A stretch of 64,000 nt of DNA from Vicinamibacteraceae bacterium (lineage in GTDB: Bacteria; Acidobacteriota; Thermoanaerobaculia; Multivoradales; Multivoraceae). The DNA is taken from assembly GCA_012270995.1 (NCBI GenBank), contig JAAXHG010000151.1, forward strand, positions 279 to 64,278. The letters run 5' to 3'. Under the pieces are notes generated by a model. It was not told the DNA's origin. It saw nothing but the letters and a program-made list of their open reading frames with translations, and ran no database searches. This document shows positions 35,128 through 45,731 of this stretch, in pieces; position 1 is the first letter of the stretch, and every line of letters begins with the position of its first letter. The translations under genes and the position numbers were made by a program.

Positions 35128-38100
35128 TCAGACCTCTACCCGAGACCGCCGCATAGCCGGCGCGGCCTGGGGGAGGTGCATCCCGGCTTTCCGGCGGCCG
35201 CGGATGGCCCGTCGCCGTTCCCGCCCGCGTTCGACGAGGAGATAGAGCGAGGGCACGAAGATCAGCGTGATCAACGTCGAGGCGAGCAGGCCGCCGACAA
35301 CCACTCGGGCCAGCGGCGCCTGGAGTTCGGCGCCTTCGCCGATTCCGAGGGTCAGCGGCAGCAGGCCGAGGGCGGTGGTCAGCGTCGTCATCAGGATCGG
35401 TCGCAGGCGGCGGCGCGATCCTCGGATCAGCGCCTCGTGGAGAGTGCAGCCGACGTCGCGGCGCATGCGGTTCACGTTGTCCACCAGCACGATCGCGTTG
35501 TTGACCACGATGCCGACCAGCACGACCAGACCGAGGAATGAGTTCATGTTCAGGGTCGTTCCGGTGACCGCCAGGGTCAGCAGCACGCCGAGTAACGAGA
35601 ACGGCACGGCGGTCATGATGACCAGGGGCTGGACCAGGGACTCGAACTGCACCGCCATCACCGTGTAGACGAGGAAGACCGCGAGCAGCACGCCGATCAG
35701 GAGCTCCACGAAGACCTGGCGCTGCTCTTCCAGCTCACCGCCCATGTCGATCGTGAAGCCGTAGGGTGTTTCGATCCGCGCCAGCGCCGCCTCGACATCG
35801 CTTGCCGCGTCGCTGAACCGCCTGCCGTCGATGCCGGCGAGGACCTGCATGTAGCGTTCCTGGTTCTCCCGGTTGATGGACAGGGGCCCCTCGCCCGGAT
35901 TGATGCTGGCGATCGAACCCAGGGGCACGATGTCGCCGCGCGGAGTGACGATGGGGAGCTGCGGCAACTGTTCGATGCGCAGGCGGTCCTCGGGCTGGAG
36001 CTGGACCCGGATGTCGAACTCGTCGCCCTGGTCGCGGAACTTGGTCGCCACCCGTCCGAGGACGTAGTGCTCGACGGCGTCGGCGACCTGGCTGCCGTTG
36101 AGGCCGAGTTCGGCGAGGCGGGCCCGATCGACCCGCAGGGTTCGTTCGAGCTGGCCGGACTCGCGGTCGAGCCGGGGATGGACGACCCCGGGAATCGCCG
36201 CCATCGCGTCGATCACGCGTTGGGCGAGCTCATCGCCCTCGTCCAGGTCGTGGCCGCGGATCTCGACGACCAGGCGGGCGTCCTGTCCGCCGCGCATCAT
36301 GCGCATCATCATGTTGTTGGACGAGGCGTAGAGCTGGATCTGAGCCGCCGGGACGTCGGCGACGGCATGGCGGATCGACGCGAGGATCTCCTCCTGGCCG
36401 CGACTCCGATCGGTCAGCGGGGTGAGCAGGATCTCCATCGTGCCCTGGTTGGACTGGGCGGGCCGCCACCAGCTCTCGGGACCGGCGGTCGTGATCAGGC
36501 TGTCGAGTTCGTCGGGTCTGAGCGCGCCGCGGACCCGGGTCTCGATCTCTTCCATCGTGCCTGTGGTCTCGTCAAGCGGAGCGCCCACCGGCATCTCGAC
36601 CTGCATGTTGAGCCGGCCCTCGTCGCTCTCGGGCATCAGCTCGAGACCGATGATGGGCACCAGCGCAAAGGAACCGAGCAGGAGGACGACGGCCGTGGCC
36701 ATTACCAGGCCGGGTCTGCCGAGGGCCCACTCGATCATTCGGCCGTAGGCCATGTCGACCGGCCCGAGCTCGGCGACGCGATCGTCCGTCACCTGGCGGC
36801 TCTTCGGGACCTCCCGCAGCCAGCGGGCGGCGGCGGCCGGGATCAGCGTGAGGGCGACGAACAGCGCGCAGAGCAGGGCGAAACTGACCGTGATCGCCAA
36901 CTGGTTGAAGAAGATGCCGGCGAATCCGGAGATGAAGACCACCGGCAGGAAGACGGCCACCGTGGTCAGCGTGCCGGCGGCGATCGCCATCGCCACCTCG
37001 TTGCTTCCGGCGACCGCCGCGGCGGTGGGGCGTCCGCCCTCGTGGAGCCGGCGGTAGATGCTCTCGAGCACCACGATCGACCCGTCGACCAGCATGCCGA
37101 CGCCGAGCGCGATGCCGGCGAGGGAGATCACGTTCAGCGTGAAACCGTTGAAGTACATCAGGGCGACCGTCGCCAGCACCGAAATCGGAATCGCGGCGCC
37201 GACGATCAGGGTGGCTCGCATGTCGCGGAGGAAGAACATCAGCACGAGCACCGCCAGCACGGCGCCGAACAGAGCTCCCAACTGGACGTTGTTCACGGCC
37301 TGCCGGATGAAGGCGGCGCCGTCCATGAGGATCGTGATCTCGGCGCGGCCGGCGTAGTCTCGGTTGATCGCGTCGATCTCGCGTTTCAATCGATCCACGA
37401 CCTCGACCGTGTTCGAGCCGGACTGTTTCATCACGAACATCCGCATGCCTTCGGTGCCGTTGATCCACAGCTCGTTCGTCATTTCGCGGATGCCGTCGTC
37501 GACCCGTCCGACGTCCCGGACCAAGATCGGCCGGCCGTCGCGGATGGCGACGATCGTGTTCTCGACGTCCACCTTGCGCTCGAACTCGCCGATCGCGCGG
37601 ATCAGGACCTCCCGCCCGGTCTCGAGCATGTCGCCGGCCGAGACGTTCCGGTTCTCGCGGGACAGGGCGTTGGTGACCTCGCTCGGCGTGATCCCGAGCG
37701 CGGCCATCCGGTCGGCGGCGAGCTGGACCTGGATCTCCCGCACGCGGCCGCCCTGGATGTCCACCGACGCGACGCCGGGCAGGCGTTCCAGCCGCCGGCT
37801 GATCGTCTGTTCGGCCATGTGGCGGACCTGGCGCGCGTCGCCCGTGCCCGACAGGCCCAGGAAGACGACCGGCATGTCGGAGAGGTTGAACTTGAACAGC
37901 GTTGGTTCGGACGCGTCTTCGGGCAGCATGCCGCGCACGAAGTCGAGCTGCTCGCGGATGTCGTTCACGACTTCGTTCAGGTCGACGCCCCAGTCGAACT
38001 GGGCCTGGATGCTGCTCATGCCCTCCGCGGACATGGAATTCAACCGGTCGAGGCCGGTGACGGTGGAGAGCGCCTGCTCGACCGGCCTGGTGATCAGGCT

Positions 38101-38280
38101 CTCCATCTCCTCCGGCGCCACGCCCTCGTAGGTCGTGGTGATCGAGATCCGGGGCATGTCGACCTCGGGCATCAGGTCGACGGCGAGCTGGCGCATGGCG
38201 ACGAGGCCGAGCACGACGACGCAGACGTAGAGCATGGTCACGCCCACCGGACGGTTGGCGGAGAGGCGGGGGAGGTTCAT
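35128..38280 (-). CDS. RND efflux permease (AcrB/MdtB family)
   Basis: GMLVDGSIVVLE, GIVVNNAIVLVD, RLRPILMT. Confidence 0.95.
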   Translation of the reverse strand: MNLPRLSANRPVGVTMLYVCVVVLGLVAMRQLAVDLMPEVDMPRISITTTYEGVAPEEMESLITRPVEQALSTVTGLDRLNSMSAEGMSSIQAQFDWGVDLNEVVNDIREQLDFVRGMLPEDASEPTLFKFNLSDMPVVFLGLSGTGDARQVRHMAEQTISRRLERLPGVASVDIQGGRVREIQVQLAADRMAALGITPSEVTNALSRENRNVSAGDMLETGREVLIRAIGEFERKVDVENTIVAIRDGRPILVRDVGRVDDGIREMTNELWINGTEGMRMFVMKQSGSNTVEVVDRLKREIDAINRDYAGRAEITILMDGAAFIRQAVNNVQLGALFGAVLAVLVLMFFLRDMRATLIVGAAIPISVLATVALMYFNGFTLNVISLAGIALGVGMLVDGSIVVLESIYRRLHEGGRPTAAAVAGSNEVAMAIAAGTLTTVAVFLPVVFISGFAGIFFNQLAITVSFALLCALFVALTLIPAAAARWLREVPKSRQVTDDRVAELGPVDMAYGRMIEWALGRPGLVMATAVVLLLGSFALVPIIGLELMPESDEGRLNMQVEMPVGAPLDETTGTMEEIETRVRGALRPDELDSLITTAGPESWWRPAQSNQGTMEILLTPLTDRSRGQEEILASIRHAVADVPAAQIQLYASSNNMMMRMMRGGQDARLVVEIRGHDLDEGDELAQRVIDAMAAIPGVVHPRLDRESGQLERTLRVDRARLAELGLNGSQVADAVEHYVLGRVATKFRDQGDEFDIRVQLQPEDRLRIEQLPQLPIVTPRGDIVPLGSIASINPGEGPLSINRENQERYMQVLAGIDGRRFSDAASDVEAALARIETPYGFTIDMGGELEEQRQVFVELLIGVLLAVFLVYTVMAVQFESLVQPLVIMTAVPFSLLGVLLTLAVTGTTLNMNSFLGLVVLVGIVVNNAIVLVDNVNRMRRDVGCTLHEALIRGSRRRLRPILMTTLTTALGLLPLTLGIGEGAELQAPLARVVVGGLLASTLITLIFVPSLYLLVERGRERRRAIRGRRKAGMHLPQAAPAMRRSRVEV

Positions 38281-39563
38281 CCTCGGCCTCGGAATCCGGC
38301 GGCGCCGGTGGGGGAGGGCTGTGCTTCCGATGGTTGGGGCTCGTTCTGGACCACCCGGACGGGCGCGCCGTGGCCCAACTGGTTGTGGCCCATCGTCAGG
38401 ACGAGTTCGCCGGCCTCGATCGGTCCGGCGATCGCGCTGTACTCTCCGGAGCGGCCCGCGACGGTGACCGCGCGCCACTGGGCGAGGCCGTCGACCGGCA
38501 CCATGACGCCGGTGGAACGCGCGCCGTCCATCGCCACCCGTTCCAGCAGGGCGGTGCCCGGCACGATCAGGGCATTGTCCAGGTCGCGCAGGCTGACGGA
38601 GACGTCGGCGTACATTCCCGGCAGGAGCAGGTCGTCCGTCTCGGACAGCTCGCCCTCGACGAGGACGGTGCGGTCGTTGCGGCGCACCTCGCCGGCGAGC
38701 CGGCGCACGATGCCGGAGAATGTCCGTTCGCCCGTGGCCTCGGTGGCCACGTCGAAGGCGGCGCCGGTCTGGACCGCGGCAAGATCGCGTTCCGGCACCC
38801 GGAACTGGACCAGGAGCGGCGCTTCCTCGACCAGTCGGAGAATCGGCGTGCCCGGCTGGACCAGGGCGCCGCGGTCCAGGTAGCGGTCCGAGACGACCGC
38901 GTCGAAGGGCGCCCGCACGCGGGTATTGGCGAACTGCTCGGCGAGCAGCGCCTCGCGGGCGGCGGACTGCTGAACCTGGGCCTCCCCGGCGGCCAGGTTC
39001 GCCTTGGTCGTCGCGTATTGGGAGGTGACCTGCTGCTGCTCCTGCTCGGAAAGGAGACCCTGGTCGTAGAGCTCCATCGCCCGCTCATAGTCGGCTTCGA
39101 CGCCGACGAGCTCGGCCGCGGCGCGATCGCGGTTCGCCTCGGCGACGCCGAGCTGGCCGCGTGCCTCCTGGAGCTGGTTCCTCACTTCGACGTCGTCGAT
39201 CACGGCGATCACCGTGCCGGCTGCGACCCGCTGGCCGATTCGTGCCGGCACGTCGATCAGGAGCCCTGAAACCTGCGGCGAGATGTCGGAGACCTCGCCC
39301 ACGAGTTCGCCCGAGTAGGCGGTGCGCACGGAGAGGTGCCCTCGGCGGGCCGCCTCCGCGCGCACCGGCACGGCCTGGGCCATCACGGCGTCGGCGCCCA
39401 CCGCTGCGGCTCCGGCCTGCTGCGAACGGCCGAGGGCGATGACGGCGGCCGCCGCCAGGACCACGACTGCGGCCACAATGCCGGCGATCTGTGGGCCGCT
39501 GATCCGACGACGCTGTCTGCCGGCCGGTTGGGAGGCGGCTCGTCCGGTTTGAAGTATGGCCAT
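38277..39563 (-). CDS. RND periplasmic adaptor (MFP)
   Basis: TM anchor, lipoyl-like halves, coiled coil, RAPFDAVV, LLPGMY. Confidence 0.92.
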   Translation of the reverse strand: MAILQTGRAASQPAGRQRRRISGPQIAGIVAAVVVLAAAAVIALGRSQQAGAAAVGADAVMAQAVPVRAEAARRGHLSVRTAYSGELVGEVSDISPQVSGLLIDVPARIGQRVAAGTVIAVIDDVEVRNQLQEARGQLGVAEANRDRAAAELVGVEADYERAMELYDQGLLSEQEQQQVTSQYATTKANLAAGEAQVQQSAAREALLAEQFANTRVRAPFDAVVSDRYLDRGALVQPGTPILRLVEEAPLLVQFRVPERDLAAVQTGAAFDVATEATGERTFSGIVRRLAGEVRRNDRTVLVEGELSETDDLLLPGMYADVSVSLRDLDNALIVPGTALLERVAMDGARSTGVMVPVDGLAQWRAVTVAGRSGEYSAIAGPIEAGELVLTMGHNQLGHGAPVRVVQNEPQPSEAQPSPTGAAGFRGRG

Positions 39564-39607
39564 CGTCTTGTCGTTCTTTCTGTTGCTGGTCCTGTTGGAC
39601 GGTTCGT

Positions 39608-40153
39608 CTACGCGGTGCCGGGCCGGGAGTTGCCGTCGCGGCTCTCCATGGCGTTGAGGACGGTGCGGAGGCTGTCGGCGAGGATGCCGTAGAAGCGGAT
39701 GAACCCGTCCAGACGGTCAGCGACGACGCCGGTGCCGTCCGCGCTCGGACGTAGGGCCTGCTTCATCTCCTCGGCCATGGCCTGCCGGTCACGGAATCGG
39801 TCGACGACCCGTTGCAGGAGGCCGGGCTGCTCGTTGATCTGGAAGTAGTCGCGTCGGTCGCCCGGGCGCGTGACCCGTTCGATCACGCTCATGTTCTCCA
39901 GCAGGCGGGTGTTCGTGCTGATGCTGCCTCGACTGACGCGAAGCCGCTCGGCCAGGTGGTCGAAACGAAGAGGTTGCGGCGACAGGATGAGCAGCCCCAC
40001 GAGGCGGCCCGCGATCCTGGGCAGGCGGTCCTCTTCGAGTGCCAGCCCCATGCCCTCGATGAAGCGTTCCTCGGCGGCGTGAAGCGCGAAGTCGGCCGCC
40101 GCGGCGGGCTCGGCGGATCGGTCCGGGGCGGGAACAGGTTCGGAGACGGTCAT
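39608..40153 (-). CDS. GbsR/MarR family transcriptional regulator
   Basis: LPRIAGRL.G.L, LRVSRGSIS, PGDRRDYF. Confidence 0.88.
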   Translation of the reverse strand: MTVSEPVPAPDRSAEPAAAADFALHAAEERFIEGMGLALEEDRLPRIAGRLVGLLILSPQPLRFDHLAERLRVSRGSISTNTRLLENMSVIERVTRPGDRRDYFQINEQPGLLQRVVDRFRDRQAMAEEMKQALRPSADGTGVVADRLDGFIRFYGILADSLRTVLNAMESRDGNSRPGTA

Positions 40154-40161
40154 GGGTCAGA

Positions 40162-40191
40162 GATGTTGGAACATCCGGTTTGTTTTGTCAA
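40162..40191 (-). promoter_or_regulatory. Promoter (-35 TTGACA) with palindromic operator for the regulator-RND operon
   Basis: TTGACA on minus strand at 40191-40186; palindrome GATGTTggAACATC at 40162-40175 over the expected -10. Confidence 0.55.
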
Positions 40192-40274
40192 GACTGAACA
40201 AGATGAACGACTGGTGCCTGCGGCTTGCAGGCTTCCCGGTTGCGTTCTGCGGCGCGAGGCCCTAGTTTCGAGCG

Positions 40275-40664
40275 GTGCCGAAGTCAGGCGGCAGGCAGCG
40301 CCCACTCCTGGTGCCCCTCGCGGTGGGCCTTGCCATGCTGGTCTTCGCGCTGCTGCAGTTCAACGACCCGGATCCGCTGATCTGGGTGGGCTACTACCTG
40401 GCGGTCGCCGGCGCCTGCGCGGTCGCCGCGTTCCGGCCGCTGCCCCGGGTCGTGTTTCTGGCACTGGCAGCCGTGACGCTGGCGGGGGCCGTGCTGACCC
40501 TTCCCGGCTTCGCTGACTGGGTTCTGCACCGGCCGACCAGCGATCTCTGGGCACCAATGTCGGCCGACCGCCTGTACATCGAGCACAGCCGGGAACTACT
40601 GGGTCTCCTGATCGGCGGCGCCTGCCTGGTGACGGCGCACCGGCTCTCGCGGCGTGGTCGCTAG
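40275..40664 (+). CDS. TMEM220-like membrane protein
   Basis: QFNDPDPLIW...Y; E.SRE.LGL. Confidence 0.8.
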   Translation: MPKSGGRQRPLLVPLAVGLAMLVFALLQFNDPDPLIWVGYYLAVAGACAVAAFRPLPRVVFLALAAVTLAGAVLTLPGFADWVLHRPTSDLWAPMSADRLYIEHSRELLGLLIGGACLVTAHRLSRRGR

Positions 40665-40715
40665 TGGTCGCCGCTTCGCGGCGGCGTTGTTGTCCGCGGG
40701 CCAGAAGGCCCGAGG

Positions 40716-42005
40716 CTACTCCACCGCAGCGCTCATCATGAAGCCCATCATCATCTCGTCGGTGGAGGGCTGGCCGAAGCGGACCGTGCGATTCGAGTCG
40801 AAGCCGTAGCGGGCCGCCTTCTCGGGCGAGTTGTCGTACCAGGCGGTGTACTCGATTCGCGTGCCCCTGGGAATGCGCTTCATCTGGTCGTAGTAGTAGA
40901 CCGTCTGCCAGGAGAAATCGAACTCGGGCACCTCCAGCAGCACTTCGGTCGTGCCGTCGGAGTAGAACGCCTCGAAGCGCGCGGACTTTCCGCGCATGTG
41001 CATGTGCGGCATGAGCGCGATGATGTCCGTGTCCCGCTGCGCGACCGTGGAGTAGGGGCCGACCTGGTGGTTGCCGTCGTTCGGCGGGATCGCGAAGGTG
41101 AAGTTCATGATCGGCCGCAGCCCCGAGCCGAGCGAACGCTTGACGGGTTCATCGGCGAAGATGAAGCCGATCGACGACTGGTCCCACACGCCCGTGCCGT
41201 CGCCGGGCTCCTTGTGGTAGTGGATGTCGAACGTCACCCGCGATCCCTTCCTGAGCAGGAAGCCGTAGCCCTCCGGATACCGGTTGGCGTCGCTGCCGGA
41301 GGAGACGCCGCCCATGTAGTTGCCCGCGTTCTCCGGTGAGGGGGCGATCTGATCCTGGTTCGGGAACTCGGGAGGCGGCGGCAACTCGCCGTTCTCGTCC
41401 GGCGCCAGCAGGTGGAGGTTGAAGTGGTGGATGATGTCGCTGTCCGGCTTGCACTGGAACGCGACGACCCAGCGGTCCTCCGGCAGGTCTTCTTCGGTCA
41501 GAACGTAGGAGAACGCCGCATAGAGGTCTTCGACATCGTCCTCGACGAAGTAGGGCTCGGGCATCGTCACGACCAGGTCGGGTTCACCGACGACCCATCC
41601 CCCCGTGCTCGGGAACTCGCGCGGTGGCGGGGCGTCCGTCGCGTCGCCGGCGGTGGCGCCGGAGGTGGACCAGTTCACCAGGATTTCGATCTCGTTCGGT
41701 CCCAGCACGCGTTCGTTCGCGAACGTGCCGTCGTGTCGCGGGTGCGCGTCCCACGGTGGCATCTCGCGGGCGGCGACCGTGCGCGCGATCGATCTGGCCC
41801 AGGGTCGCACTTCGCTGTACGTGGTCAGGGCCATCGGCGCCCTCATACCGCCGTAGTTCGCGCCGGCCGGCCGGTGGCAGTCCTGACAGTGCATCTGGAG
41901 CACCGGCAGCACGTCGGCGTAGAAGGTCGGCGCGTCGCGATCGGCCGCGGCGGCGGGTCCGGCAGCCAGGGCGAGGACGAGCAGGGGCAGGGCGGCTTGT
42001 CTCAT
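40716..42005 (-). CDS. Exported heme c + copper type II monooxygenase-like protein
   Basis: CQDCH; IIHH, HYH, PHMH, DEM. Confidence 0.75.
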   Translation of the reverse strand: MRQAALPLLVLALAAGPAAAADRDAPTFYADVLPVLQMHCQDCHRPAGANYGGMRAPMALTTYSEVRPWARSIARTVAAREMPPWDAHPRHDGTFANERVLGPNEIEILVNWSTSGATAGDATDAPPPREFPSTGGWVVGEPDLVVTMPEPYFVEDDVEDLYAAFSYVLTEEDLPEDRWVVAFQCKPDSDIIHHFNLHLLAPDENGELPPPPEFPNQDQIAPSPENAGNYMGGVSSGSDANRYPEGYGFLLRKGSRVTFDIHYHKEPGDGTGVWDQSSIGFIFADEPVKRSLGSGLRPIMNFTFAIPPNDGNHQVGPYSTVAQRDTDIIALMPHMHMRGKSARFEAFYSDGTTEVLLEVPEFDFSWQTVYYYDQMKRIPRGTRIEYTAWYDNSPEKAARYGFDSNRTVRFGQPSTDEMMMGFMMSAAVE

Positions 42006-42045
42006 GGACCGAGGCTACCAGCCGGCGGACCGAGCCGGCGTTGGG

Positions 42046-45000
42046 TCAGGCGGTCGCCAACTGCTGATCGGGGTGCATCTCGTCGACATCGACGCCGACG
42101 ATCCTCGAAACCCCCCGTTCCTCCATCGTCACGCCGTAGAGCGTGCTCGCCGCCTGCATCGTCAGTTTGTTGTGGGTGATGACGAGGAACTGGGTTTCGG
42201 CCGACATCCGCTTCAGCATGTCGACGAAGCGCAGGATGTTCGCGTCGTCGAGGGGTGCGTCGACCTCGTCGAGGATGCAGAAGGGCGAGGGCTTGGTCTG
42301 GAAGAGCGCGAACAGCAGGGCGATCGCCGCCAGCGCCTTCTCGCCGCCCGACAGCAGCATGAGGTACTGCGCCCGCTTGCCCGGCGGCCGGGCCTTGATC
42401 TCGATACCACACTCGAGAGGGTCGTCCTCGTCCATCAGTCGCATCTCCGCTTCGCCGCCGCGGAAGAGTTCCGTGAAGGTGCGCCCGAAGTTCTCGTTCA
42501 CTTCGCGGAAGGCGGCGACAAAACGCTCGGAGGAGGTCCTGTCGATGTCGCGGATCGTGCGCTTCAGGCTCTCGATGGACTCCACGACGTCGTTCCGCTG
42601 CCCGGTCAGGAACTCGTGCCGCTCCTGGTGTTCGTCGTACTCGTCGGCGGCGAGGACGTTGACCGGCCCCATCCGCTCCAGCAGGGCTCGGCGCCGCGCG
42701 AGTTCTTCGGTCATCGCTTCCAGGTCGGGCGCCTCGTCGGTACCGACCACGCGGAGTTCCCGGTCGGCCAGGTCGCACCCGAATTCCTGGCTGTAGTCCC
42801 GACCCAGGTGCTCGGACTCCTGCTGCAGGCCGGCCTGCCGGATCCGCAGTTCCTCGATCCGGCCGCGCAGCTCGTCGCGGCGGGCGCCCTGCTCCCGGAG
42901 TTGCGCCTCGAGCTTACGGCCACGCTCCCGTTCTTCGTCGAGGGCCTGCTGAGCGCCGGCGGCTTCGTCCTTTGCGTTCGTGCGCTGGGCGAGCGCCTCG
43001 TCCAGCTCCCGGCGCGCCGCGGCTGCGGCGGCTTCGTGCTCGCCGATGCGCCGGCGTAGCCGCTCCGTCTCGGCGGCCCAGGCTGCGTCGGCCTCCTTGA
43101 GCGATGCGATCTGGCCCTCGACGCGTTCCCGTTCGCTTCGTTCCGAGGTGGCGCGCTCCTCGATCAGGTCGAGTTGACCCTGCCGCCCGGCTCCGGCGGT
43201 GAGGTGGTCTTCGCGCTCGCTGCGGGCACGTTCGACCGCGGCGCTCGCGTCGTCGGCCGCCTGCTCCAGGTCGGCGAGCCGGTTCTCGGCGTCTTCGATC
43301 TCCTTCTCGACTCCAGACCGCCTTGCCCCTCTCGCTTCGATCTCGCCTTCCAGTTCGTCGTGTTCGGCCCGCGCCGTCCGGTGCTCGGCACGAAGGGCGG
43401 CGCGCCGTTCGCCGATGTCCTCAAGACGCGCCTTCGCCACCGCCAGTTGCTCGCGAAGTTCCGCCGCGGCCCGCTCCAGGCGCTGGCCCTCCGCGGCGGC
43501 CCGGCGAATGCGCTCGCGCGCTGCCTCGATCTCGGTGCCGTGCGCGGAACGGCGTCGTTCGAGTTCGTCGATCGAGTGCTCCAGGTCCTCCATCTCCCGC
43601 TGGCGGCCGAGCGCGCCGAGCGCCGCCTGCTCGCCGCGGACCGTGACCCGGCCGGCCTCGATCCAGAGACGGTCCCGGCACAGGAAGGCGACGCCTGGGT
43701 GGTCCGGCGCCAGACGGTCCGCATCCTCCGGAGTCTTGACGAGGTAGGCGGGGGGCAGGGCGCCGCGGGCTTCCTCGGCAAGTCCGAGAGCGGACGGCAG
43801 GTCGCTGACGATCGCCGGATCCTCGACCGGCGGGAGGCGCTTCCCGCCGTTGCCGGCGCGCAGCAGCGTGGCCTGGAAGTCGGAGCCGCCGATCGCGCGG
43901 GCGATGACCAGGGCGTCCTCGTCAGCGGGTGTCATGACGGCACCCTGCAGCGGTCCGAGAAACAGGTCGAGGCTGTGCTCCCAGCCCTCGGGCACGGCCA
44001 CCTCGTCTCCCAGGAAGCGGGGTTCCGGGAGACCCAGTTCGAGCAGGGCCCGCCGAATCTCGCTTCGCCGTTCGGCGTCGCGCTGACCCAGTTCGTCGAG
44101 CACGGCCGCCCTCTTCTGCGCCTCGATGAGCTCCTCGCGGCAGGTTTCGAGTTCGGCCTGCGCCTGCCTTCGACGGTTGCGGTCCTCTTCGAGCGCGGCG
44201 GCCACGCGCCGGGCGGTCCCGGTTTCGTTGTCCAGCGCCACCTCCAGGGACTCGATCTTGGTGCGGACGGCTCCGAGCTCCCGATCGATCGCCCTGAGCG
44301 CGTCCCGGCTGCGAAGGAGGACCTCGTCCGCGCGTTCGCGGCGATCGACCGCCTTCTCGCTGCCGATGCGTTCGGCGACCAGACGGCTGCGCAGTTCGCG
44401 CTGGTGCGTTCGGCATGCAGCGAGTTCGTCCAGGAGCAGGCGCTGCCGCTTGCGGGCTTCCGCGATCGTGGCGTCGGCCTTGCCGATCCGCCGCCGATCC
44501 TCCTGGACGGCGGCAAGGGCCTGCTCGCGTTTCGACTGGAGCTGCCGCCGCCGTCCGAGCAGAGCGGCCAGGCGTTCTTCGGCCGCCGAGCGGTCGCGTC
44601 GCCGCCGCTCGGCACTCTCGGCGCCGGACTCGAGTCGTTCGGCGATTTCAGCGAGAGTGCCGCGGGCGCCGTCGATCTGTGCCTGACGTCCCTCGATCAC
44701 CGCGAGCAGCTTCGCCTGGCGCTCGTTCGAGCGCACGGCGTCCTCGGTGCGGGCTTCGATCACCTCCTGGCAGGCGGCGAACTCCGCGTTTCCCCGTGCG
44801 AGTTCAGCCAACAGGTCGGCCTCGCGGTCCGTTTCCTGCTTCAGGGTCGCGGCCAGATCGTCCAGGTCGGCCCGAAGGAGAACCCAGCGCTCCCGGAACA
44901 CCTTGTCGAGCAGGTCGCGGTAGGCCTGCCGGCGCTCTCCGAAGCGACGGGCCGCGTTTGCCTGCCGTTTCAGGGAGCGCAGTCGACGCTCCACCTCGGC

Positions 45001-45588
45001 GATGATGTCGTCGAGACGGAGCAAGGCGGCGGTCGCGTCCTCGAGCTTGAGCGACGCCAGGCGCTTGCGGTTCTTGTAGCGGGTGATGCCGGCCGCTTCC
45101 TCGAGGAGCTTGCGCCGGTCCTGGGGTTTGCCCGACAGGATCATTCCGATCCGCCCCTGCTCGATCACGGAGTAGGCGCGGATGCCCAGACCCGTGTCCA
45201 TCAGGATGTCGCGGACGTCCTTGAGTCGGACGACGCGATCGTTCAACCGGTATTGGGCGTCGCCGCCGCGGTAGATGCGGCGACCGATCGTGATCCGGCC
45301 ATCCTCCGCTTGCGGCGTCGTGCCGTCGGTGAGGAAGGTGAGACTGACCTCCGCCATCCCCAGGGGCTTGCGCTGGTGGCTGCCGCCAAATATGACTTCC
45401 TCCATGGAGGATCCACGGAGGGACTTGGGGCTCTGCTCGCCCAGCACCCAGGTGACCGCCTCGGCCAGGTTGCTCTTGCCGCAGCCGTTCGGCCCGACGA
45501 TCGCGGTGATGCCCGGCGCGAAGCGGCTGGTGATCGGCTCGACGAAGGTCTTGAAGCCGTTGACCTCGAGACGTTCCAGTTTGAGCAT
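42046..45588 (-). CDS. smc: Chromosome segregation protein SMC
   Basis: GPNGCGKSN, long coiled coils, LSGGE, LDEVDAPLD. Confidence 0.95.
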   Translation of the reverse strand: MLKLERLEVNGFKTFVEPITSRFAPGITAIVGPNGCGKSNLAEAVTWVLGEQSPKSLRGSSMEEVIFGGSHQRKPLGMAEVSLTFLTDGTTPQAEDGRITIGRRIYRGGDAQYRLNDRVVRLKDVRDILMDTGLGIRAYSVIEQGRIGMILSGKPQDRRKLLEEAAGITRYKNRKRLASLKLEDATAALLRLDDIIAEVERRLRSLKRQANAARRFGERRQAYRDLLDKVFRERWVLLRADLDDLAATLKQETDREADLLAELARGNAEFAACQEVIEARTEDAVRSNERQAKLLAVIEGRQAQIDGARGTLAEIAERLESGAESAERRRRDRSAAEERLAALLGRRRQLQSKREQALAAVQEDRRRIGKADATIAEARKRQRLLLDELAACRTHQRELRSRLVAERIGSEKAVDRRERADEVLLRSRDALRAIDRELGAVRTKIESLEVALDNETGTARRVAAALEEDRNRRRQAQAELETCREELIEAQKRAAVLDELGQRDAERRSEIRRALLELGLPEPRFLGDEVAVPEGWEHSLDLFLGPLQGAVMTPADEDALVIARAIGGSDFQATLLRAGNGGKRLPPVEDPAIVSDLPSALGLAEEARGALPPAYLVKTPEDADRLAPDHPGVAFLCRDRLWIEAGRVTVRGEQAALGALGRQREMEDLEHSIDELERRRSAHGTEIEAARERIRRAAAEGQRLERAAAELREQLAVAKARLEDIGERRAALRAEHRTARAEHDELEGEIEARGARRSGVEKEIEDAENRLADLEQAADDASAAVERARSEREDHLTAGAGRQGQLDLIEERATSERSERERVEGQIASLKEADAAWAAETERLRRRIGEHEAAAAAARRELDEALAQRTNAKDEAAGAQQALDEERERGRKLEAQLREQGARRDELRGRIEELRIRQAGLQQESEHLGRDYSQEFGCDLADRELRVVGTDEAPDLEAMTEELARRRALLERMGPVNVLAADEYDEHQERHEFLTGQRNDVVESIESLKRTIRDIDRTSSERFVAAFREVNENFGRTFTELFRGGEAEMRLMDEDDPLECGIEIKARPPGKRAQYLMLLSGGEKALAAIALLFALFQTKPSPFCILDEVDAPLDDANILRFVDMLKRMSAETQFLVITHNKLTMQAASTLYGVTMEERGVSRIVGVDVDEMHPDQQLATA

Positions 45589-45651
45589 GGGTGCTTCGGG
45601 CAGCGGAGCGGCCGGCTGCCATGCGGGAACTTAGCAGCTTTCATGCATATG

Positions 45652-45699
45652 TCACAACTCGTTGTGTCGCGCCCGTAGGCTTTCCACAACATATAGCGC
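45652..45699. promoter_or_regulatory. Candidate tandem NrdR boxes between smc and pyrR
   Basis: tCACAActcgTTGTGt (45652) and cCACAAcATATAGcGc (45684), 32 bp apart. Confidence 0.55.
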
Positions 45700-45731
45700 G
45701 AGCCGCTGACGGCTGATACGCTCCCGCGCCA

